A stretch of 64,000 nt of DNA from Psammoneis japonica (taxonomy: Eukaryota), in contig QPGO01000001.1 of NCBI GenBank assembly GCA_008632985.1, positions 1,086,404 to 1,150,403 on the forward strand, in the 5' to 3' direction. The notes below the pieces were generated by a model that was not told the origin of the DNA, made no database searches, and worked only from the letters and a program-made list of their open reading frames with translations. Position numbers and translations under genes: made by a program. Shown here piece by piece: positions 50,401 to 61,900 of the stretch (position 1 is the stretch's first letter; each line of letters begins with the position of its first letter).

Positions 50401-52958
50401 CTGCTGGATGTGCACATGTCCTTGCTGGTGCTGCAGTTGATTGTCGTTGCTGCACACAGACCATTGCAGCCACCAGTTCCACCAAGGCTGAATTTTTTGC
50501 AGCTGTCACTGGTGCGAAGCAGACCTTGCACCTCCGAATGGTCCTTGAAGAGCTGGGCTTTCCTCAATGTGACCCTGCTCCCTTGCACATTGACAACTCC
50601 TCCACCATCCAGATGATCAACAACAAGGTGCCTGCAGAGCGCTCCTGCCACATTGACACTCATCATTTTGTGATCCAAGACTGGCGGAAAATTGTCACAA
50701 GACACATCCCGGGTGTCATCAACCCTGCTGATGTGCTGACCAAGGCTGTGGGCTGGACACTCCATTCCCACCACACCTGTTGTCTGATGGGACACTGCCA
50801 TTGTTTGCCATTTTGTTTGTGTCTGTCTCTTTGTTCTGCTGTTCTGGTCCTCATTTTTTCTTCGGATTGTCTCCTTTCTTGATGAGCTTTTGCATTGCTC
50901 ATCAGGGGAGGGTGACAGACATCTGAGATGGGGAGTGCACTCCCTTGTGTCGGACAGACCAGCACAGACAGCACCAAGAGATCTGATGATCTCTCTCTGC
51001 TCACTTTCTTTCTCATCTGGCACATGATTGTCATCTGTCCCAGACACCAGTCAGATCGTCCCGATGCCGACAGTCTGCAAAAATCTCCCGTGCCAAGAAC
51101 CACTGAGCTTGTGTTCCTGTTTGCACTTGAGACTGGAGCTTTTGACTCATGTGGAGGACTGGTTTTGTTGGGCCATTGGGTGATGCTCTGTTTGGCAATG
51201 CAGTGCATCAGAAGTTGGGTGCTTTCTTTCCAATGACTTTGGCCACAGCCCAGCTTGTTTGTCAGTCTAAAAATCTTGGGCACACTCCAGAACAAGCACA
51301 AGTGACAGGGCCACTGAAAATTTGTGGTGTCATGGTCTTGGCTGCTCAAAAATTGTGCTTGCATCCATGGCAATGTGCAGCTGTCAAGTTGCTCAAAGAA
51401 ATGCAACAAAGCTGCCTTCTCTTTGTGTGCCGTTGACATCTCTTTGGAGAGAGGGGTGACTTCTTGAGTGAGTCTCATTGCTTTGCCATGACAGCGCTGC
51501 TCTGACAAGAAATTCTCTTCTTTTGTTTGAAAATGCATGCACACATGTGTTGCAGATGTGACTCTTGACACACACTCTAGCCTCAGGTGGGACTTCACAT
51601 GACAGCAGCCAACAAAATTCTGTGCACAAGCTCTGCAGGTCTCGCTCTCTTGTTTGCAGGTGCATTTGTCCATGCACCACTCTAATGAGACTTGAGAGTG
51701 GTGCACAGAAAGTGTCAAAAGTTGTTGAATGGACAGCTTGACAACTGCGCTGCAAAATGACACCAAGCTCTGCCAAAGCCACGCAGAAGTGTGCATGTGG
51801 GGCAAAGGGAAAAGACAAAAAACTGTTGACATGTCACAGCTCAGCAGTGCAAGGCCCCTCCCAGAGCTGGAGCTCATCTCTTGTTCTTTGTCATTGTGGC
51901 TTTCTGCACCTTCCCTCATTTTGTTGCGCACTCAAGGCACGCACAGTTGGCCGCCAGTCATTTGCTGGTGTGCACTGCAGCCAAAGGAAATGTGATTGTG
52001 ATTTGATCTCAGTCTTTTGTGAGGCCCAACTCAAAAACATTTGTCCTTGGTGATGCTCGTCAATGTTGTCACATTCAAATGTGATTTTCGGGTGTGTCAA
52101 TTGCTTCAGAGACATGTCCTGCACAATTCATGAAGAGCCACACCTGCGAAGCTGGACGGTGCCAAATTGTGCGGGACATCCCGCGATCAATCGGGCATTG
52201 GGCGTGCTGTCGCTTCTGTGGTTGCGCGTTGGTCCCGGAGCATCAACAGTCATTGTCAAAATGACCAATCGTTTCGGAAATGTCAGTGTGACAGGCATTG
52301 GGCACATGTATGCACTCGTGATTTAGAAGAATAATGCTGCACTTAGAACCCATGCGACAATTTTGGTAAGACAAACATGCTTGCGTAGTCGTAGATGTGA
52401 TGTCAGTAACGGCGAAACTAGCCATAGGGCTTATGGCTTACTTTCTTTGGTGACTGTGCGACCATCATGAGAAAAAGGGTGGTTTCTTGGTAATGACCGC
52501 CTAAATGACCTTTGAAACATCGCCAACATCCTCGGATTTATGTCAAGAGTCATTGTGTAGTCGTATGAACTGCTGACTCTTCGTGGTCGCTCGTATTGGG
52601 CTACGGGATTTCTTTTTTTTTGAAGTCATCTGTCCGAGCGCCGGTCACAAAATCTTTTCACACGAAAACAATAACGCACACAACTTCTTTCACCCGAAAG
52701 AGTTTGATCGAGTGTGAGATTGACCAAGTGTGAGTGAAAAATGGAGTTTTGTGGTTTAAATGAAAAGGTTTCTATGTTGGACATGATACCTGTTCTTCTC
52801 AGCCGCTAGGGAAACATACTCGCTTCAGAAATGGGCCTTTTAGCTCTTGAAAACCACGGAGTGTCTTCTTATCCTCAATTTCTCTCTTTGTTTCCCCGTT
52901 TTTTTTTTCGACAGGAATTGAATATTTACAACAGATATCAGAGGCATAGATTGTGACT

Positions 52959-55900
52959 ATGAAGGTCCTATCTTGTGCTCTACCGTTTCTATGCCTTTGT
53001 CTTTCTGAGACTAGTGTGCAGGCCATCGGCCATGAACAACCTCAGGTGAGACATTTCACAGCCTTTTGATCTACCACCCTCGATAGGAACCTCATGATTT
53101 GTCCATGCTCATCTCATAGGAAGCGAAGTCGTTGAAGGGGCTTCTCTCCTCCTGGTTTAGCGGAAAGGAGGAAGCGGAAGAGGAACCCCCAATCCCCAAT
53201 CCCTTGTCGCGTGAGTTGGCTCCAAAGGTGAGTCTCTCGTTCATGTTCATTATCGTCATCGCTTCGTCTGTTTGAAGAGTGACTGGAGGAACTAATCGCT
53301 TTCTTTTTCTGACCCCTTTGCGTGCCGCAGGGCTTGAATGTCGCGCTTCTGTCACCACATGGGCGAGTGGTTGTAAACCGCGATCATCTGAACAATCGTA
53401 GGAGGCTTCAGACACCGGTGCAAACGTACTACGTGCCATTTCCAGAAGGCAGCCTCCTTACTGGTTTTGAGCAAATCAAAACTACTACCACCACTAAACC
53501 ACAAAGTCCAATTCAATCGATTAGTTCGTTTGCCTTCGCTGTGGACAACACTCGTATCTGGGTTGACCATGTTGAAGATGGCTACGACCCGAATCCGCAG
53601 CTGCCAACCCAGGCCACTACGGAAATTTGGGGCGACGGCGATTGCTCAAATGGCTATCGTCCTGATCTTGATGAATGTATTCCAGATGTTGACGATGCCA
53701 AGGATGTCTTGAACGCGGGCGATGCATTCGTGGTTCAAGAAAGCATTGACATCAGCAACGGAGTTCGCGACGATGACAGCTGCCTTTTGGATCCAAGTGC
53801 CCCTGGTTTCGACTGCAAGATTAACGCAGGAGACAAGATTCAGGCTTCCTTTCCCATTGCAGTCACCCGTGGAGGCTACGCTTCTAACTCAGGCCCACTC
53901 ATGGCCGGTGCCGTCGAGGTGTTCGACACCGATGAATGGGGACGGGAATTTCGTAACCCTCTGCCCTCTGCCGATGATTCCCTCAACTCGTTTGATTACC
54001 GCTCCATATACATCATGGCACAGGAGAATGAGACTGTTGTCTACATGTATAATGACGACACAGGTGTTATGGATGAGGTTGCAAAGTTGGACGAAGGCGA
54101 AACTTATGTCAACAACGAAACTACGACGAACGACTTTTTCAACACCACCAAGCCGGTTCAGGTCGACCTTTTTAGCGGCAAAATCGGTTCGACTTTCGAG
54201 ATCCGTTGGTACTCTCTCCCCTCCATGGAAAAGTGGTCGAATGAGTACTATACGCCTGTTGGAAGTGCGTACAAAAAGAATGAGAATGGAAATGTTGTGG
54301 CCACACCTCAACCAAACACATATGTAAGTCTAAACGAGGTGAACCATTTGAAACATGTGCGTCCACTAACTTTGTTGCTCACAATCTCCCCTACCGGACT
54401 AAAGGTATTTTTGTATAACCCGAACCAAGACCAAAACATCTCAATCTTTGGTGAATGGATCGACTACACGACCAATCCCGATAGTTACGAAGTCGGAAGC
54501 GAATCAGTTGGTAGCGGTCAGAGCCAAGAGTTTGACCAGACGGTTCCCTTCAACTCCGGTATGAGGCTTTACACATCGTCTCCAACAGATGCATTCTTTG
54601 GATTTACCAAGACGGATGACAAGAGTCGTTATGACTGTAAGTCACGTGCCAGCTCTCTTTCCCAAGTATCATCATTCAATTTCTGATCACCGCTGTTTTT
54701 TTGTTGCTGTCGCTTCGTCTGTTACAGGGGGGCATCGTGAGTATCGCCAAGGGTATCCTGATTTGCCAATTCTTTTCGAGCGTTGTGCTTGCTAACTCTC
54801 TCTTTTTCCGTGCTGTATCTTTAGCTTTGATTGCTGCCGACCAACTCACCTCCCAGGCACTTATCGGTTGGGGTTGGGGTTGTCGAGAAAAGTGCGTAAT
54901 TCTAGTTGGACACCCTCGAATCAACTCTCATGGTTACTAACGCTTTGCTTGCTTTACATTTCATAACAGCAATTGCTCGCTCACCAATGGGACGAGATTG
55001 GAAGATAAAAGTGTAGTATGGGTTTCTCCCGTCGAGGATGCAACGATCTACGTAGATGTCGACGGCGATGATGTCCCGGATCAGAACTACACCATGGTGC
55101 GACTTCAGTCAATTCGAATCACAGATCCAGATGACGATGACATGACAGGTAAGACCGCAGGGGTTTCAATCTTTTATGCCTGTTTTGGTCTCGCACCTCA
55201 ATGGTGTTCGCCACTTGCCCCAACTCCTTGACTCAGGTGCTCTGATTTGGGCCAAGTCTTCTAATGGATCGGATGTCGACATTGCTGTAGCCTGGGGTGA
55301 GTTGTGCAATCCTTTTGGTTGTCGGCGCAGCGACTACGCTTATGTTGATTATTTTGTTGTGTGCGTCTAACTTTGAATTGTTCTTCATCCTTTCACAACA
55401 GGGCAAGATCCTTTCGTCTCATTCGATGACCAGCAATTCTCGCTTGATCTTGGTACTGTCATCCCACCACTTCCTGTCCTTTCAGCTGGCAAGTCCGCGA
55501 AAGTTTTGATCGATGTTGACGGAGATGGGTTGGTCGACTTGGGCGACACGGTTCAATATACGATTCGTATCACAAACACAGGCCGCGCAAATTTTCCTGC
55601 GGGAACTTGGTCAGTGACGGATTTGTACTCGGACGTGCAGCTGACAGGTGACTATGTCCCGGGTACTACGGTCTATTACGACGACTTCACCAAGACTACA
55701 ACGAATATAACTGACAGTGGACCAAACGGTTTTCCCCTGGAGGATGGTTTGCTTTCAGTTCAAAACATTGCACCTGGCAGCTTCCATGAGGTCACTTTCA
55801 ATGTTATCATCAAGGATGCTATTGAAGACATTTCGAACGGAACGACACAGATTATCAATAGCGGGTTTCTCACTCACGAAAATGACACGAACCCTTTCTT

Positions 55901-58900
55901 GGATACCACGCCCCTGGACTACAACCCCGCCATCACTCTGGAAAAGACGGTTATGTTAGGATGGGATAAATCATGCGAAAACGACGAGAGCTTCAAGTCA
56001 TTGGGAGTACCTCCGGATGCCAATGTAACATACTGTTTCTTGGTCACTAACACAGGGAACACATACTTATCAAGGTTTGGATTGAAGGACACTGACATAA
56101 TTTTTTCCACTTCCAGCCAAGCTGTGCAAAAACCAGGAGAATCTTTCTACTTTCAAGCGGAAAGAACAATGGACGGAGACCTGGTGAACACCGCGACAGC
56201 TTCTGCTCGCGCAGTTTACAGTGATGGAACGACCATTATCGAGGGCAAAGACGAAGTGAAAGACACGAGCACCGCAAGCATTACAGATTCGACAGCAGCC
56301 CCGTCAACGTCGGTCAGGCCAAGCGACACGCCGTCAGCAGTCCCGTCAATGTCGGTCAAACCAAGCGACGCACCGTCAATCTCACCCTCGACAGCGCCGT
56401 CGGCGGTTCCCAGTGATATACCCAAGGCTCCAAGCGACGCGCCTTCACAATCGCCATCGTCGGCGCCGAGTGCAATGCCGTCAGATGATCCAGCAGGTTT
56501 TCCATCAACGACGCCATCAGGCATGCCAAGCAACGCCCCGTCAATCGCTCCCTCGACAGTACCGTCGGCGGTCCCCAGTGATATACCCAAGGCTCCAAGC
56601 GACGCGCCTTCACAATCGCCATCGTCGGCGCCGAGTGCAATGCCGTCAGATGATCCAGCAGGTTTTCCATCAACGACGCCATCAGGCATGCCAAGCAACG
56701 CGCCGTCAATCGCTCCCTCCACAGCACCGTCAGCGGTCCCCAGTGATATAACCAATGCTCCAAGCGACGCGCCTTCACGATTGCCATCATCCGCACCGAG
56801 TACAATGCCGTCAGATATCCAAGTAGGTGTTCCACCAACGGCGCCATCAGGCATGCCAAGCAACGCGCCCTCTACAGTACCGTCGGCGGTCCCCAGTGAT
56901 ATACCCAAGGCTCCAAGCGACGCGCCTTCACAATCGCCATCGTCGGCGCCGAGTGCAATGCCGTCAGATGATCCAGCAGGTTTTCCATCAACGACGCCAT
57001 CAGGCATGCCAAGCAACGCGCCGTCAATCGCTCCCTCAACAGCACCGTCGACGGTCCCCATTGATACAACCAAGGCTCCAAGCGACGCGCCTTCACGATC
57101 GCCATCATCCGCACCGAGTACAATGCCGTCAGATATCCAAGTAGGTGTTCCACCAACGGTGCCATCAGGCATGCCAAGCAACGCGCCGTCTACAGTACCG
57201 TCGGCGGTTCCCAGTGATATACCCAAGGCTCCAAGCGACGCGCCTTCACAATCGCCATCGTCGGCGCCGAGTGCAATGCCGTCAGATGATCCAGCAGGTT
57301 TTCCATCAACGACGCCATCAGGCATGCCAAGCAACGCGCCGTCAATCGCTCCCTCAACAGCACCGTCGACGGTCCCCATTGATACATCCAAGGCTCCAAG
57401 CGACGCGCCTTCACGATCGCCATCATCCGCACCGAGTACAATGCCGTCAGATATCCAAGTAGGTGTTCCACCAACGGCGCCATCAGGCATGCCAAGCAAC
57501 GCGCCGTCTACAGTACCGTCGGCGGTTCCCAGTGATATACCCAAGGCTCCAAGCGACGCGCCTTCACGATCGCAATCATCCGCTCCGAGTGCGATGCCAT
57601 CAGATAACCAGGTAGGTGTTCTACCAGGAGTTCCATCAACGATGCCGTCAGGAAGCCCAAGCAACGCGCCTTCATTCGCACCCTCGACAACGCCGTCAGC
57701 GGTCCCCAGTGATACAACCAAGGCTCCAAGCGCCGTGCCATCGACGTTGCCATCAAGTCAACCAAGCAATGCGCCATCTACGACACGTTCTGCTGGGCCA
57801 TCATCAGTTCCTACTGCAGCTCCAAGAGATGCACCATCTGCAAATCCGTCGACCGCACCTAGCGCAGCTCCAAGTAATGCGCCCTCTACAACTCCCTCGG
57901 CCCAACCAAGTTCGGCTCCAAGTGATGTGCCCTCCACAAGCCCGTCTGCAGTTCCAAGCACAGCTGAAAGTGACACACCATCAACAGCTCCATCATCCGA
58001 ACCAAGCAAGGAGCCACCTTTGGTGCCTTCAACAAAACCATCTGAGATTCCATCGGCCATTCCAAGCTCGTTGCCATCTTCCGAACCCAGTGCTGTTCCG
58101 TCTACTATGACTTCCACGGTTCCCTCAACAAGCCCATCAGCGGCTCCGAGCGAAGCACCAAGTCATAAACCGTCGACGACTCCATCCGATCTCCCATCAG
58201 TTTTGCCATCAACGGCACCAAGCGTAGCTCCAACGAGCTCCCCAAGCACTCGACCAGTGCTGTCGATTGAGATCGTAACACTTACCAATGGGACAGACGG
58301 ACTAGAAACCAATTACAAAGATCTAGTCACATGGACATATGCAGTTGCGAACACGGGCAATGTAGCTCTATCAAACGTTAACGTCACGGACAACATGGGA
58401 GTCACACCAATTTATCGACATGGCGACGTCAACAATAACAACAAGATTGACTTAGATGAAACGTGGGTGTTCGAAGCAAATGGAACAGCTCAATCAGGAA
58501 TATATAACAACACCGGGTTCGTCAATGCAGATTTCGACGGACAGCCAGTGAACAACTCGGACCCTTCGTCTTATTTTGGCGTGAATGCATCGATCTTGAT
58601 TGACACAGTTACCAATGGTTACGATGGATTGGACATCGATAAGGGGAAGAACGTGACGTGGAAGTACACAGTGACCAATACAGGCAACTTTGAACTGTCA
58701 AACGTTACTGTAGAAGACAGCGTAAGGGGTGCGATCACCAATCGAGTTTCGGGAGATTCAGACAATGACGGAAAGCTTGATCTGGATGAAACGTGGATCT
58801 TCGAGGACTACGGGATCGCACAAGTCGGCGTCTACAACAACACCGGATCGACCGAGGCTACAGCGAATGGAGAGAAGGTTGACGATTCCGACCCCACATC

Positions 58901-61900
58901 TTATTACGGCGTGAACGCGTCCATCGGCATTGACACAGTCACTAACGGCCAAGACGGGCCTAACATCAATGTGGGAGAACCCGTCACCTGGACTTATACC
59001 GTCAAAAACCTGGGCAATGAGCCTCTCACCAACATCACGGTACGGGACAGCGAGGGAGGACCGGTTACCAACCTCCTCCGTGGCGATTCAAACGGGGACG
59101 GAAACTTGGATCCGACCGAAACATGGGTGTACGAGGCCTACGGCACCGCCGATGAGGGAGTGTACAACAATACTGGATCGACGTCGGCCCTGTCCAACGG
59201 TCAGCCTGTGAATGCAACGGACCCCACGTCTTACTTTGGCGTGAATGCATCGATCTTGATTGACACAGTGACCAATGGCTACGATGGATTGGACATCGAT
59301 AAGGGAAAGAACGTCACGTGGAAATACACAGTGACCAATGGAGGCAACTTTGAACTGTCAAACGTTACCGTAGAAGACAGCGTAAGGGGTGCGATCACCA
59401 ACCTGGTTTCGGGAGATTCAGACAATGACGGAAAGCTTGATTTGGATGAGACGTGGATCTTCGAGGACTACGGGATCGCACAAGTCGGCGTCTACAACAA
59501 CACCGGATCGACCGAGGCTACAGCGAATGGAAAGAAGGTTGAAGATTCCGACCCCACATCTTATTACGGCGTGAACGCGTCCATCGGCATTGACACAGTC
59601 ACTAACGGCCAAGACGGGCCTAGCATCAATGTGGGAGAACCCGTCACCTGGACTTATACCGTCAAAAACCTGGGCAACGAGCCTCTCACCAATATCACGG
59701 TACGGGACAGCGAGGGAGGACCGGTTACCAACCTCCTCCGTGGCGATTCAAACGGGGACGGAAACTTGGATCCGACCGAAACTTGGGTGTACGAAGCATA
59801 CGGCACCGCCGATGAGGGAGTGTACAACAACACTGGATCGACGTCGGCCCTGTCCAACGGTCAGCCTGTGAATGCAACGGACCCCACGTCTTACTTTGGC
59901 GTGAATGCATCGATCTTGATTGACACAGTGACCAATGGCTACGATGGATTGGACATCGATAAGGGAAAGAACGTCACGTGGAAGTACACAGTGACCAATG
60001 GAGGCAACTTTGAACTGTCAAACGTTACGGTAGAAGACAGCGTAAGGGGTGCGATCACCAACCTGGTTTCGGGAGATTCGGACAATGACGGAAAGCTTGA
60101 TTTGGATGAAACGTGGATCTTCGAGGACTACGGAATCGCACAAGTCGGTGTCTACAATAACACCGGATCGACCGAGGCTACAGCGAATGGAAAGAAGGTT
60201 GAAGATTCCGACCCCACATCTTATTACGGCGTGAACGCGTCCATCGTCATTGACACAGTCACTAACGGCCAAGACGGGCCTAACATCAATGTGGGAGAAC
60301 CCGTCACCTGGACTTATACCGTCAAAAACCTGGGCAATGAGCCTCTCACCAATATCACGGTACGGGACAGCGAGGGAGGACCGGTTACCAACCTCCTCCG
60401 TGGTGATTCAAACGGGGACGGAAACTTGGATCCGACCGAAACTTGGGTGTACGAGGCCTACGGCACCGCCGATGAGGGAGTGTACAACAACACTGGATCG
60501 ACGTCGGCCCTGTCCAACGGTCAGCCTGTGAATGCAACGGACCCCACGTCTTACTTTGGCGTGAATGCATCGATCTTGATTGACACAGTGACCAATGGCT
60601 ACGATGGATTGGACATCGATAAGGGAAAGAACGTCACGTGGAAATACACAGTGACCAATGGAGGCAACTTTGAACTGTCAAACGTTACGGTAGAAGACAG
60701 CGTAAGGGGTGCGATCACCAACCTGGTTTCGGGAGATTCAGACAATGACGGAAAGCTTGATTTGGATGAAACGTGGATCTTCGAGGACTACGGAATCGCA
60801 CAAGTCGGTGTCTACAATAACACCGGATCGACCGAGGCTACAGCGAATGGAAAGAAGGTTGACGATTCCGACCCCACATCTTATTACGGCGTGAACGCGT
60901 CCATCGGCATTGACACAGTCACTAACGGCCAAGACGGGCCTAACATCAATGTGGGAGAACCCGTCACCTGGACTTATACTGTCAAAAACCTGGGCAACGA
61001 GCCTCTCACCAATATCACGGTACGGGACAGCGAGGGAGGACCGGTTACCAACCTCCTCCGTGGCGATTCAAACGGGGACGGAAACTTGGATCCGACCGAA
61101 AACTGGGTGTACGAAGCATACGGCACCGCCGATGAGGGAGTGTACAACAACACTGGATCGACGTCGGCCCTGTCCAACGGTCAGCCTGTGAATGCAACGG
61201 ACCCCACGTCTTACTTTGGCGTGAATGCATCGATCTTGATTGACACAGTGACCAATGGCTACGATGGATTGGACATCGATAAGGGAAAGAACGTCACGTG
61301 GAAATACACAGTGACCAATGGAGGCAACTTTGAACTGTCAAACGTTACGGTAGAAGACAGCGTAAGGGGTGCGATCACCAACCTGGTTTCGGGAGATTCA
61401 GACAATGACGGAAAGCTTGATTTGGATGAAACGTGGATCTTCGAGGACTACGGAATCGCACAAGTCGGTGTCTACAATAACACCGGATCGACCGAGGCTA
61501 CAGCGAATGGAAAGAAGGTTGACGATTCCGACCCCACATCTTATTACGGCGTGAACGCGTCCATCGGCATTGACACAGTCACTAACGGCCAAGACGGGCC
61601 TAACATCAATGTGGGAGAACCCGTCACCTGGACTTATACCGTCAAAAACCTGGGCAACGAGCCTCTCACCAATATCACGGTACGGGACAGCGAGGGAGGA
61701 CCGGTTACCAACCTCCTCCGTGGCGATTCAAACGGGGACGGAAACTTGGATCCGACCGAAACTTGGGTGTACGAGGCCTACGGCACCGCCGATGAGGGAG
61801 TGTACAACAACACTGGATCGACGTCGGCCCTGTCCAACGGTCAGCCTGTGAATGCAACGGACCCCACGTCTTACTTTGGCGTGAATGCATCGATCTTGAT

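Larger units (their letters stand above)
36935..51079 (+). mobile_element. Old Ty1/Copia element interrupted by a nested younger Copia
   Basis: LTRs 36935-37107 and 50913-51079; flanking duplication (a)aaatc; PBS ggttgtgagc at 37109; PPT aggggaggg. Zn knuckle CIVCGDGHLFHEC near 39165, PR QIDAGA, WHQCLGHPS, IN (AVDF, VDQGGE, PVER), RT (ALQGHPEAG, HQVDDF), RH (TSSTKAEF, HIDN, NPADVLTK). Confidence 0.93.

Noticed and set aside
56216..57721. 501-aa minus-strand Gly/Asp ORF
   Set aside because: Antisense shadow of the Pro/Ser repeat.
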